64,000 nt of DNA, from positions 44,330,001 through 44,394,000 of the forward strand of contig NC_135673.1 in NCBI RefSeq assembly GCF_964188315.1, in the 5' to 3' direction. This DNA is from Podarcis muralis (taxonomy: Eukaryota). Of this stretch, positions 11,555-24,277 are shown one piece after another (the first letter of the stretch is position 1; every line of letters begins with the position of its first letter). The notes under the pieces were generated by a model. That model was not told the DNA's origin and ran no database searches. It worked only from the letters and a program-made list of their open reading frames with translations. The position numbers were made by a program, and so were the translations under genes.

Positions 11555-11709
11555 NNNNNNNNNNNNNNNNNNNNNNNNNNNNNNNNNNNNNNNNNNNNNN
11601 NNNNNNNNNNNNNNNNNNNNNNNNNNNNNNNNNNNNNNNNNNNNNNNNNNNNNNNNNNNNNNNNNNNNNNNNNNNNNNNNNNNNNNNNNNNNNNNNNNNN
11701 NNNNNNNNN
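11555..11709. other. Assembly gap (155 N)
   Basis: Run of n characters. Confidence 1.
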
Positions 11710-11724
11710 TTCTTGCAAGGTTGA

Positions 11725-12173
11725 TGTCAGCTACGTCCCGTCACTGACAGCGGCTGAGAACGCTGGCAAGCAGGGAAAAGAAATTAGTCTGGAATGCGGA
11801 AACGGACAAGAGGAGGCAGGCTGCAGCAGTAACCTGATCTCCGAGAAAAGAGCGCAGGGATGGGGGAGTCCAAGGGGGGGAAACACAGTCTGTCAGTTTA
11901 AGCTCAGACTCAAAGTCGGGGAAACCGGAAATAGCCTATCCAAAAACTCGTAGGCTCGAGATAGTTTGCGGGAGGCGCGAAAGGGAAAGAAAGCGAAAGT
12001 GTGGGCCTTATTGTTGGGAGGAGGAAGGGGCAGATCTCAGTCTCAGCAATGCAAACTCTGAGGACGACGCTGAGTGACTGAGCTCTGTAATGATTTGTGT
12101 GTTTGAGTAATAAATCTGAGAAAATCACTGCCGAAGTTGTCTCGCGTCTGTGGGAGAGACCCAAGCCATTACA
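11725..12173 (+). mobile_element. Solo LTR, CpG-rich (young)
   Basis: TGTCAG...ATTACA termini; AATAAA at 12109-12114; 5-bp flanks GTTGA / GTTGC (TSD with one mismatch); many intact CpGs. Confidence 0.7.
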
Positions 12174-13249
12174 GTTGCTCCGGATCTCTTTTAGGATTCA
12201 GTTAATCTCTAAATTAATGTTGCTGTGATTAACAAAACAGAATATTTCTTATTTCTGTGGCAAAACGTTTCAGTTTCTGCCTTCTTCAATCCACTGTGGT
12301 GAAATTTTACATAATTAATTATGTAACTAATTACATTATCATTACATTATTCTACATGGTTCATTTCAGTGCAAAGGAAATGCAATGCAAATGGGAAAAC
12401 GAAGTAATCTATTGTGTATCATTTGCAAATTGAAAATGACAGCAACAGTGAATTCCAGTTGTATTCACTGGATTGATTTCCATTCTGGGCATGGGATGAG
12501 TAAGTAAGTGGCATTGGCTAATTCCACTCCCAATTCCATTTCTGTTGAAATTATCTGACACCCCTACCTATCACAGGTATACTACCTTGCAACTTTCTGT
12601 AGCTTATTTCCTGCATCCTCTCTGCAAAATGACCGTCATGCAATCAACAACTGACCTTAGATTGTCTCTATTACCAAGGGCTCTATAAGGAATATTAGTG
12701 GGCAGAGAAGAAAAATAAAAGAACTCATTCAAAATCCATTGCAGGAAATCCTGAGGCTAGAGTAGATAAGCAAACATGAGTTATTCAGTCTTGAGCCTCC
12801 TACTTAAAACCCAAAGACATGTTTCAAAGCATAGTATTTGACCTTTCAGAGTCAATATTTGACACCCCAATCCATAATCAGATTTCAAATGAACAGCCAC
12901 CTAGCAGCAGCCATACCACCAGGCATAAGGAAAGAAGTGAAACAAGGCACCCCATCATCCATGCTGAGAGTCTATTTCCACCTGGCTTTCCCTCAACAGT
13001 CACCAGGGGACAGCCATTCTAACTGAATGGTTGACCATTCTAAGAACTGTAGGTTTAAGAACACGTGCCTGAGATTGATATTCTTCCTTCACCCAGACCA
13101 GCCCATTTTCCTTTTGTACTGTGTATTTTAGATTTACAAGCCCGAGAGCTGGGACTGTTTTACTATGTTTGTTTGGAAACTGCTCAGGGTGACTTTTCAG
13201 TGAAACAGTGGGGTAAAAATGCTTTCGGTAACTAACTAAATAAATAGTA

Positions 13250-13478
13250 CAGTGGTACCTCGGGTTAAGTACTTAATTCGTTCCGGAGGTCCGTTCTTAA
13301 CCTGAAACTGTTCTTAACCCGAAGCACCACTTTAGCTAATGGGGCCTCTTGCTGCCGCCGCACCGCCGGAACACGATTTCTGTTCTCATCCTGAAGCAAT
13401 GTTCTTAACCCGAGGTACTATTTCTGGGTTAGTGGAGTCTGTAACCTGAAGGGTCTGTAACCTGAAGAGGTACCACTG
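13250..13478. mobile_element. Tc1/mariner (Tigger-like) MITE
   Basis: TIRs CAGTGGTACCTC...GAGGTACCACTG with TA on both sides; inverted relative at 59528-59769. Confidence 0.9.
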
Positions 13479-13493
13479 TATTTTGCATTTTTG

Positions 13494-14209
13494 TTCGCTC
13501 CCAGACTCAGTTAATCAAGTTACACTGCTGGGAGGTGGGGCCAATCTCATAAACAGGAGGTGGAGCCGGCAGTAGCCAGGAAGTTGGCTCAGGAGCTTCA
13601 CCCACCCAACCCTCCCTTTGTTTAATGTTTCTTGTTTACAGATTAACCTTTTTCTTCCTGTTTAGCGGACGCTGCTATGGTCTTTTCACTGGTTGCTGTT
13701 GAAGAACCAGGAAGAAATTTTCCTGCATTGGCAGGTTTTGTCTTCCCTGTAGCAATTCGTCACAACTTTGGCGATTTAAGGCCTTGGGTGGAATCCTTTA
13801 GTCTTTTCTTCCCTAAAATGGGGTGTGTGTGTGTGAAGTGGTGACTCACCCCCCTGCAGTGGCGATTCCAGGGTCCCCTCTTAAAGGGGTTGCAATATGG
13901 GTGTCTCTGGCCATTCACTGAAAGGTTGTCAGTGAACTACCCTGTGTGTGGGGATACGCTGGGCTGCTTTTGTACACATATGTCTTTCAGTGCACCTCCC
14001 ATATCCCATTCACCCTGATGAGCCCCAGTTCCCCCGGCTGGGGGACTGGGAGGGATACACATCCAATGCCTAAGCCAAGGTCTTCCTATGTTTGAAAGTT
14101 TAATAAAGTAGTGGCCAAATTTTAATTCCATTAAAATGACGTTGTCATGAGTCATTATTCCTTTCTGGTGGTCCCTGGGGGCTGGGGGCAGTCACTGCCT
14201 GGTCACGCA
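13494..14209 (+). mobile_element. Solo LTR (ERV-like), missing about 100 bp of its 5' end
   Basis: Aligns along its whole length to the reverse complement of 51584-52381; AATAAA at 14102-14107; ends ggtcacgca. Confidence 0.75.
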
Positions 14210-14337
14210 AAGTATGTATAAAAACACATGTGGTGGAGAAAATAACATACAAAGATGCATTAAAATGTGGAAAATTTGTTTGCAAAAATTGTGTTGTAGG
14301 CAAGATTTCCTACAAAAATGTGTATATTTAGGATAAG

Positions 14338-14465
14338 TCACAGAATTGTAGAGTTGGAAAGAACCATGAGAGCCATGTAGTCTTGCAATGCAGGAATCCT
14401 TTTGCCTAAAGTGGGGTTTGAAACCCGCGACCTTAAGTCTCACGCTCTATCAGCTGAGCCATCCT
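14338..14465 (-). mobile_element. tRNA-head / CR1-tail SINE
   Basis: Reverse of tail (acagaattgtagagttggaa) and tRNA-like head (gggtttgaaacc...ctctatcagctgagcc); relatives at 33165 and 35645. Confidence 0.6.
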
Positions 14466-14971
14466 GTGCATTAGGATTTTTTAAAAGGAAAATCAGAAAT
14501 GGGGTGATCCGATACAGAAATGTGATGAACTGCAATTAAGATTGGAAAAAGGAGAAACTGAGGTTGAGTGATTCACCCATTCCTAATGGTTACCAAAGTG
14601 GATGACAAAGGCATTATGCCATAGGTTGCTGAGCAAGTGGTGACTGCAGTTAGGAATGGACTCTGCAGATTAGCTTTGGGTGCCCTACTGGAGCTGAGCC
14701 TTGGCAGCTTCCTGACACTGCTGACCGCTGATGTAAAACGAAGTATGCCTCTTACTTAGCCAGAAGAGAGGTCCAAAAGCTGTGATTGGCCCTGTGGAAT
14801 AAAATAGGGATACCTGCTGGTTTTTATTAAATAAAATCTCTATATAAAAGATAAAGATAACGAGCAAGGTTGCATGGCTGTTTGGAAAACAGTGCATCCT
14901 TTTGCTTAGAGAACAATAATTGTGTTTCTTTCCCCCCCCCCCCTTCTTTTTTTTTTTTACTAGCATTATTA

Positions 14972-15328
14972 AAGGTAAAGGTACCCCTGCCCGTACGGGC
15001 CAGTCTTGACAGACTCTGGGGTTGTGCGCCCATCTCACTCAAGAGGCCGGGGGCCAGCGCTGTCCGGAGACACTTCCAGGTCACGTGGCCAGCGTGACAT
15101 CGCTGCTCTGGCGAGCCAGAGCCGCACACGGAAACGCCGTTTACCTTCCCGCTAGTAAGCGGTCCCTATTTATCTACTTGCACCCGAGAGTGCTTTCGAA
15201 CTGCTAGGTTGGCAGGCGCTGGGACCAAGCAGCGGGAGCACACCCCGCCACAGGGATTCGAACCGCTGACCTTTCGATCGGCAAGCCCTAGGCACTGAGG
15301 CTTTTACCCACAGCGCCACCCGCATCCC
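14972..15328 (-). mobile_element. Sauria SINE, full length, young
   Basis: tRNA-like head with A box and B box (ggttcgaatccc), (ACCTTT)n tail, perfect 13-bp TSD ACTAGCATTATTA at 14959-14971 and 15329-15341. Confidence 0.95.
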
Positions 15329-15952
15329 ACTAGCATTATTAGTAATTGAAAATTCTTAGTATGTAGTCCAGCTGAACAGGAGTTATTTGAGCAACGGGTT
15401 TAGATCATTTAGGACCCCAGAATGAAACCTGCATATTAAGTATCCTGAAAGCCTCCTGTCTCCTCTCTCCCTCTCTCCACAGCAGGCTGTAACCACTTAT
15501 AGAAGAGTGGAGAAATCTCCCTAAACACATATTTGCATAATATATCCTAATAGCTTCGAAGGCCTGTTAGAAGCCATTGGGTTGCTAATGTTCACTTAAA
15601 TATCCATTCCAGAAAATAAAACTCAAGGGTGAGATAAAGGCTGAGATTATTGTGGTTATGACGTTTCATATTGTCATTCCAGTTATGTCACCGGGCTCAG
15701 ACTGGTAGACTTTGCATACATATTTATGGAGCCCAGAGAACATAATCACACATTCAGCATGGAGCTGTAGGCAGCCAGGACACTGATGAAGACATCTAGA
15801 TATCTGTAGGATGGGGAGCACTGTCTAAGCAGTTTCTGCCTTTACCACTGCAAAAAGATAGGCCCTTCACGTTGTAGGAATGAGTACAGTTAAGAGTTTT
15901 GATTCATACATTTATGAGCCTTCTTTTCCATTTGTTCAATTATGAATGATTA

Positions 15953-16457
15953 CCGTATTTTTTGCTCCATAAGACACACTTTTTTCCTCCTAAAAAGTAA
16001 GGGGAAATGTGTGTGCGTCTTATGCAGCGAATGCAGGCTGCACAGCTATCGCTAAAGCCAGCAGAGCGAGAGCTGCGCAGCGCCTCTTGTTCTGCTGGGT
16101 TCCCAGCGAAGCGGAAGGAGGAACGGAAGGGAGTCCTTACGGAGCCCCTTCCATCCCTCATCCCGCTTCGCTGGGAAGCCAGCAGAGCAAGAGCCGCTGC
16201 GCAGCTATCGCTGTTGCTCTGCTGGCTTCAGCAATGGCTGTGCAGCTTGCTTTGGCTTTTCAGGGAGGTGGGAGAAGGGACGAAGGGCAGCCCGTCAGTC
16301 CCTTCTCCCATCTCCTGGAAAAGCCAGCAAGAGCCGCTCTATCTTTAAAGAGCCACGCCGAGCGTGTCTGCTGCTCTTGCTGGCTTTTCTTGTTTTCCTC
16401 CTCTAAAAACTAGGTGCATCTTATGGTCGGGTGTGTCTTATAGAGTGAAAAATACAG
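15953..16457. mobile_element. Non-autonomous Tc1/mariner element (Tc2/pogo-like CCGTATTT TIRs)
   Basis: TA-CCGTATTTTTTGCTCCATAAGAC...GTCTTATAGAGTGAAAAATACAG-TA; GC-rich internal repeats; no transposase. Confidence 0.85.
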
Positions 16458-17884
16458 TAAATGAAAAGCTGCATTGCCCACCCAAGAAAGCTCACAATAT
16501 CTCAAAAACACAGAAGGTACAAATAATCTCAAAATTGATACAGGTATCCAAATTATTAACCATTATTCAAAAAGGACAGAATAAACCTTATTTTACACAA
16601 AGCTTGAAAAAAATAGTTTTAAAACAGCAGCAACTGCAGTGTAGAGGCCATGTGTACCTCTGATGGGAGGGAGTTGTATAATCTGGGGACCACCAGAGTG
16701 GAAGTCTTCTTTCTTAAGACTGCCAAATGCATTGACTTCACAACTGGGCACACAAGTAGGGCTTTTGAGAATGAGATCAGTAGCTGGGCAGCTATGTATG
16801 GATGCAGTCCTACGGCACATAAGTGAGCATGATTCTACTCAGTCCTTTGCCAAACATTCTGAATTCCTATTTGCAAAAAAAGGGGGGGGGCATTAAGAAA
16901 TATATTATTTTCTTTTTCACTTGCTTTGTTTTACTTGAAATATTTATATATGCTTTTTAGGAGATCATCATAAAGCAGATGGCATGGGAACATAAAACAA
17001 TGCATATCAATTAAAGTTATAGACTATAATAGTCAAGGAAATCTGTAAGAGTTTGTGTGGCTGGGTGGGGACTTATTGAAAGCAACATTTCTCCTCCCCT
17101 CTAGCTAGGATGGTTCTTGAGTAGCTGTATGGTGGAAGTTGAGGGAGGGCAAAGCCACCTCAACCAAAACCCTGGGAATTAGATAATGGGCATCTCTCCG
17201 TGCTGTTTGGTCTTCTCTCTACTCCCTTCAGAGCAAGATGGTCCTTGAGTTCCCTTCTTAATCACTTTTGCTGCCATAGAAGTCATCTTTTCCCAAGCTG
17301 TCACCAAATCAATCTCTCCTGAGAACTGCTCCAGATGAACATATATGGTTCTCCACTTCTCCCTTCATTGTTGCTTCCTAGCCTGGCTTAATCTGATTGA
17401 GCCCTTTTAAGGAGCTCATTTCCTTTCTTGAAGTGTTGGCAAAACTTGCAGGCAGTTGCCAGTCTTAACTATAGAAGTGATGAAACAGTCAATACTTCTT
17501 TCTGCTAGTGCAGCAGTCCATTTGTAAGCTCTTCCCATTTCTTACCACATGAACATAAAATGCCTTGCTGCATCCAGCTAAGGGCCCATATGTCCTTCAT
17601 TCTTTTCTCATATTTTCTCATAATGACCAATCAAGTGTTCATGGCAGGTCCATAAGCAGGACTGCCCCCCTTTGCATTTTAAAAAGTAAAAAAAATACCA
17701 TTGTTTCAAGGTTTATTTTCAAATATAGTACAGAACACTGTTTAATTGCAGGTTTGTGCACCTTTCAATTACTTGAGCTCCTTTGCATTTTTCTTTCTTC
17801 TGAATTACCAATGCATACATCAGCAAGAGGCTTTAACAGAGCATTAAACAAATTCATGGAGGTGAAGGCTCCATTGATGCTGAT

Positions 17885-18047
17885 CTTCCTCCATAGTCAG
17901 ATAATGCTTCTGAACAGCAGCTGGTGGAAACCAGAGGAGAGCAGTGTGCTCTTGTGCTTGGGTCCTGCTTGTGGGTTTCCCACGGGCTTCTGGTTGAGAA
18001 CAGGATGCTGGACAAGATGAGCTAGCAGACTCTCCTTATGCTCTTCA
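17885..18047 (+). mobile_element. CR1 LINE 3' end remnant
   Basis: ggtcctgcttgtgggtttccc...gagaacaggatgctggac...cttatgctctt, matching the CR1 end at 28330-28652. Confidence 0.6.
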
Positions 18048-18051
18048 TAAA

Positions 18052-18413
18052 GGTAAAGGTAAGGGGACCCCTGACCATTAGGTCCAGTCGTGAACGACTC
18101 TGGTGTTGCGCCCTCATCTTGCTCTATAGGCCGAGGGAGCCAGCGTTTGTCCGCAGACAGCTTCTGGGTCATGTGGCCAGCATGACCAAGCCACTTCTGG
18201 CAAACCAGAGCAGCTCACGGGAATGCTGTTTACCTTCCCACCAGAGCGGTACCTATTTATCTACTTGCACTTTGACGTGCTTTTGAACTGCTAGGTTGGC
18301 AGGAGTGGGACTGAGCAACGGGAGCTCACCCCGTCATGGGGATTCGAAACGCCAACCTTCTGATCGGCAAGCCCTAGGCTCTATGGTTTAGATCACAGCG
18401 CCACCCACGTCCC
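18052..18413 (-). mobile_element. Sauria SINE, full length
   Basis: Head and tail as above; TSD TCTTCATAAA at 18042-18051 and 18414-18423; inserted at the CR1 tail. Confidence 0.95.
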
Positions 18414-21400
18414 TCTTCATAAAATACTGCAAATACAATAGTTAAACACCAATCTTGACAATGATCAGATTGTGCAGAGCTCTACCAATGCACACATGCA
18501 CGTCTATGTCTTGGATGGCATTCAACAAAGTTTTGCTCTGAATAGAGTGTAATTAATAGACTTAACTTAGGCATGTTCATTAATTTCAGTGGGTCTACTT
18601 TGATTAAAACACATTTAAATACTACCCATTCATAGACCAACCTCTCCAAAAATGGAAGAAAAAGAAAGATAAATTTTATGTAATGGTGCAGTCACTTGCA
18701 TCAAGATTCTTTTAGCGAGGTGTGAATTCATGCTCAACATGCTATCCCCTTGCCCAGCAAGGCACTCCACCATGTATAATCTGTCTCAGAGAAACACCAG
18801 CCCAGAATGAGCTTTAGTTGTAAGAGAAGAAAGGAATGAACAGTCTATAAAACACAGAGCTGGGGAAGGAGTTTTGTGAGACAGTAGGTGTCCACATGAA
18901 GGATAGGTTCAAACATACCTTTTATTTCCCACATCTGGTATTTATCCCAGATTCTTGCTTTGGGCTATATTTTTAGCCCAGCATTAATAGGAGTTGCGGA
19001 AAGCTGTGTGCTTTGTGCTTAGAATACGCTACTAAATCTTATTTATGGCTTAACTCAACCACACACAAGCACTCCCTTAGAACTTCTTGGATCCTTCGTT
19101 TGCAAATGTAAGAGACGGCAGCCAATTTCTAAAGGACTGAAGTGCAAATTACGACTGCCAGTGCCATCGCTAAATATTTATCGAAGCACTGATGGTACAC
19201 TCGGAACTGCGCCTAACTTCAAAATGACACAGTTGCTGCCCACAGGGGCTTACAGCAGGCAAGCCAGAAGAGAGCAAAACAAAGACAACGGGAAATGGGC
19301 AAACACAAATGGTCCTTTACCAAGCAGTGACTGATGACAGTGAGTGCTTAGCCACTTGGGGACCCGGATTATCAACTTTGTCATCCTGACAACTGATGAG
19401 GAGTCTCCAGGAGGGGCATACACCACACCTGATGGATCTGATGCTCGTGGTGCTATTTCAGATGGCAAATAGGAAGCAGCCTTAAACTGAGCCGGCACAG
19501 TAGCCCATCTCGCTCAATAATGTGCCAGAAGACCGAACGCATAGCATCCTCTTTCAACCAATCCCTTCCTTTCCATGCCCTAGCTTAGTTGTTCCTTCCC
19601 ATAATACATAAGATTTTGTTATGACTTATCCCTACTTTGCACCTTTGAAACCTGATGCATTCACAGCCAAATCTGTAGCTACTTCTGGGACCTAAAATTC
19701 AATCTGAATTTTGAAATGAGCATTTTCCACCTTGCATGCTGCAACAGCCATATTTGTGAGCACACAGGCGCGTGTGTGTGCATGCACACACACACGTTCC
19801 GTACGAGGCAAAAGAAGAAGTCCTGAGCATTGCTTGTTAAAGGAATCCCTTAAAATGAGGATACAGTGATACCAAAGCAGAGGAAGATAAAATACTTTTG
19901 ACTTATTTTGCTTCTGACAAGGTCAGAACTCTAACTTGCATGCAGTAGTTTATTTCCCCATAGAATAAGACTGTTTCTTGACACTTGATTTGTCCTCTGG
20001 AGGGTGATCTAGCCAGATGGCTGGGAGGATGCTGCTAGGTTTGAAACAGTGACGACTAATTTAGGAGGATTCAGAAACCACAGAATGGGGTCATCTCACT
20101 ATCCCAGAGATGTGTCTTTTCCCCACCCCCACCAATACCGTCATACTGCTTCACTTTAAGCAGGAAACTCTGGTTCGTCTTTCAGATTACACTACAGACT
20201 GGAGGAATTTATATTGGCATGCTTGCTTGTCAGATTTAATTATGGCAAAGTGAAAGGCATTATTAATACGATTCATATACCAATGCAAAGCGTTTGGAGC
20301 GGACAGAGGGAAATTAATATGTAAAAGAATCTAATTTGAGCGCAATTCCTCTGATGCTGGGAAAGGTGGGAGGGTTGCTAATTTCCAACTGCTGCTTGTG
20401 AGTAATGTTCATGATTATTTTGCTGAGGAAGGGGGAAAAATGGAGAATAAGCAGAAATGGCAGTTCTGGAAATTGTGCCCTATAAATTATGCTGATAAAG
20501 AAGGAAAATATAGTGTTCCTTTTCCTCTTGGTATTCACAATGCTGGAATAAGAAACTGGGATGGATATAAATGAAAGCACTTAGCACACAAAGGTGGTGC
20601 AGCACTGCATTCATTTCAGGTGTCAATTTCCTTGCTTTCATTGTTTGTTTGTTCAAATATTTATAAGCTGCACTTTCATTAAAAGAAATAACAAGGCAAT
20701 GTTCAAAATACTTCTACAATAACATCAATAAAAGAATGTGCCACTATTTACTGTTTTATTGATGTTTTTTACTGATGTTTTAATTTATGGGTTTTTTTTT
20801 AACTGATTTTATTATAATCTTGCGTGTTATATACTACATTGCTACACTTTTATGAATGTGTATGCCATATACACTACTGTGAGATAAATAAATATATAAT
20901 TTCAATAAAGTCTGGTTGGTGAAACGGAGAGAGACGGAGACAGAGAAGCCAAAAGCCTGTGAAACAGTACAGTTTTCAAAAGACATCTTAAAGAAGGCAG
21001 AGATCGTTCCTGCTGGTCATCTACTTGAAGTAAGTTCCACAGGGCAGGGCCACCCCAGAGGACCAAATATTGACACATCAGAAGATTTCAGTTATCATCG
21101 TGGAACATAAGGAATCAGATGCTCCTTAAAGATTGCTTCAAGCCAAGTTGCTTATGGATGTGCTTTGTGAATAAGCATCAGAACCTTGAACCTGCCCAGT
21201 GGCAAATTGGCAACCACTGCAGCTCTCTCTGTAAAAAGGCACCATATCACCAGTAACCTTTTCCCGTGAACAGACTGGAATCTGCATTCTATGCTGGTTG
21301 CAGCCACTGAACCAAATACAAAGGCAGCCCCAAATGAAGTGTATTATGGTAATCAAGTCTTAAGGATATCAGTGCATGGACCAGGATGCCACATATTATA

Positions 21401-21607
21401 AAGAAACAGTTGTTGGTTCTCCTCACAGAAGTGTTAGGTTTTATGCAGGAAGTCTTGCATTAGGGGGCAAGTGGTACTGAGTAGGGGCAGTGACTTGTCC
21501 CCCACATGGGGGGGTCACATGACACGTCCTGCCCAGTGTGCAAGCGTTCATGCGCCGGGCTGGGCCATGTGGGTGTCCCACCCTCATCACCGCAATGCTA
21601 GTGCTCG

Positions 21608-21899
21608 CAGGGCCGTCTTACCCATAGGCGCTAGAGGTGTGGGGCACCCAGGCGCCGGGCTCTCAGGGGTGCCAGGCCAAGAGTCCAGGGAAGAGCCCAC
21701 CCGTTGGTCAGAGCACCACGGTGGGCTCTTCTGCTCCAGGCAGCTCTGCACCGCAAGTTCGGGAGTGGCTGAGCCAATGAGATGCTGAGGCGGCTGGCCA
21801 GCTCCACCAGCTTCTGTGCACCTGGGACTGCATGCCTGGGGGAGGGGGGCCCGGGCAGATCTTTGCACCCCAGTGCTGCATATGCTTAAGACAGTCCTG
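21608..21899. mobile_element. Non-autonomous hAT element (CAGGGCCGTCTTA TIR)
   Basis: TIRs cagggccgtctta / taagacagtcctg; aligns to the reverse complement of 61309-61619; TSD decayed (agtgctcg / gatgctca). Confidence 0.85.
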
Positions 21900-24277
21900 G
21901 ATGCTCATACGCCCATTGGGGAATGGAGAGTAAGGAGCTGGGCTCCATGCTCTGCCTCCTCCTCATGCAGCATCGGGCAGGGAGGAGGAAAAGCATGGAG
22001 AGCGATTTTTGACCTCGCTTGTCCCAGCTCCTGGTTGACAGTGGTGCAGGATGTCAGCCCCTCAATACTGGGGCGGCTGGTCCCCCTGATTCAAAAAGCT
22101 GCAAAGTGAAGCCCACAGGTGACATGATTTGTAGAATGAAAGGAAAGGACACTCACAATCATCTCTTAAAAGTAATGCAGGAGTAGAAAAACTCTTCACC
22201 CCACCCTAAGAACTTCACCAGTCCCCCCTCCCCCACTGCTTTAATAATTTCCAAATTAATCTATTGGAAGGCCTGTTTTTTAGGCAGAAATGGGGGATAA
22301 GAAATAGAAACAAAAGGAAATGAAACAAAATGGGATAATACCATGTACACTATCACCCTTTGTTGGAGAAAGAACAAGAAAAAATGAAACTGATTTAAAA
22401 ACGAAACAAAAAGTTACCCATAAGGATTTTTCATAAGTATACTTTGAAATGATTATTATTATTTACTTAACAGCTCTAATTGTATATTTAAAATGAAATA
22501 GTCAGAAGGAAAAGTGTCAAAGGGTTATCAAACGCTCAATGTGCACTTGTCATTTTATTGAGATAGTCTAAGAAGTGGACACGGGCTTTAAAAAAAATGT
22601 AACTTTCCATCATTTTAAATTGGCCTAATACCTAAGTCTCGTTTTACCTAATTACTCCAACTATCCATGATTCCAAATCCAAATTATCAGGTTGTTACTA
22701 TGATCATTTTTCTCTCTAGATGTTGTTGGCCAGCATGGTGATTATTTTTCAACAGCCTTTCATTTCATATTAAGGGCAAACACTCCTCTTTGATGGAACT
22801 CAGCATTGGAAACTTGTTAGACATTTGTGAATAGCCTTCATGAGAGGAACCGATGCGTGCATTTAAAAAACCCTACATTATTTCTTCCTTTGATGTTTTA
22901 TTATGGTTTATATTTGTTGGAAGCTGCGCAGAGTGGTTGGGGTAAGACAGTCAGATGTGTGGAGTATAAAATGATAATGATGATGATGATGAATACTTCC
23001 TGTATGGCAAATAAGAACTGAATAGACAGACATAGCAGGGTTCTGGAATCCAGATTTCACATTGAGCTCATACTGACATTATGCATTAATAGTGCTTTCC
23101 GGACAATTGTAGGTTGCTTCTGAATTTTGGATTTCAAACTGAAATCTGGATTTCTCTGAGAATTCTGCAGTCCTGAAATTAGCTGATCTGGTATACCTGT
23201 GCATCAAGAACTTCTCACTGTTCCATTGTTTATTTCTAAATTTGGCACAGGGCACTGTATAAGTTGCTGCAGCTTTCAATTACTTACAGACTTTTCTCCC
23301 TTTAAATTGCCAATTCACACATCAATAAAATACTGCATAAAAACAATATTGGTGTGATCATACATGCAATCAAGCAGAGTGCTACCAATGCATACATGCG
23401 CTTGCATACATTCATGGAAACCCCACCCCACCCACCCACACTAAAGCATTAGCTGGAGAAATAACTAAGTGGTCTCTGAACTCCTTGATGGGTTGATAAT
23501 TAACTACGGTTGTTTTCTGCTAGCTAACTTGTATGTGTTTAACCTTAGACCAGGCAAGAAAGGTATTTGGTTGCAAATCTCGATTTTGAAAGTAAGCTGC
23601 CTTTAGTCTTTGTTTCCAGGCTCTGGAAATAAGGATGTGTACATGACCTTCTCTAGTGAGGAAAAAACAGCTCCAGGCAGATTAGAGTCTGTAAGGAGAT
23701 ACAGACCTCTGATTTTATATCTGTTTGGAGTATTTTATAGGAAGTTGAGCCTATGCTGAACTTGCACATCGATATTTTGGATATATTATTTACTGTTCTT
23801 TGTTATGTTTTGAAGAAAGTTCTGCAAGTAAAGCTTTCATTAGACTTATAGGCCTTGACAATGTTTTCATTCCAAAAGGAGTCAGTTTTTATGCATCCAG
23901 ACACTATAATCTGTGTGATTTATTCCTGACACCTGCTCCTGACATGTATGCAGGTCTTATCAATAAAACCCCTCACTAAAAGAATTTCAACGTACTCACA
24001 CAAAGAGAACAATAAGACTGTCTCTTTTTGCTGCAGTGTTTTATCAGTGCTCATGTGCCCTTTGATAAAATAAAGTGGAGAAAGAATTAAATGAACTGAA
24101 AGACATGGAAACTGCAGCAACCTGTACATTCTCCAGTTCCAAAATTAATTTTATGATTTCCCCTGAGTCTTTTTGCAAGAATTCAGCCTGGAAACATGAG
24201 AGAAATAATGTTAAGGAGACTTGGAGTGGAGTGGGGTAAGCATGTCCAGTATGTCAAAGTGCACTTTAGTTAAACTG

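Noticed and set aside
11497-11724. ORFs spanning the N-run
   Set aside because: Artefacts of the assembly gap.
15940-16413. Overlapping 73-134 aa ORFs
   Set aside because: All lie within the GC-rich interior of a Tc1/mariner non-autonomous element; no transposase motifs.
17565-18020. 151-aa plus-strand ORF
   Set aside because: AT-rich random-looking peptide whose 3' part is a CR1 UTR remnant.
19771-19796. GTGTGTGTGCATGCACACACAC hairpin resembling hammerhead helix II
   Set aside because: No CUGANGA or GAAA core around it; it is a (GT)n/(CA)n microsatellite junction.
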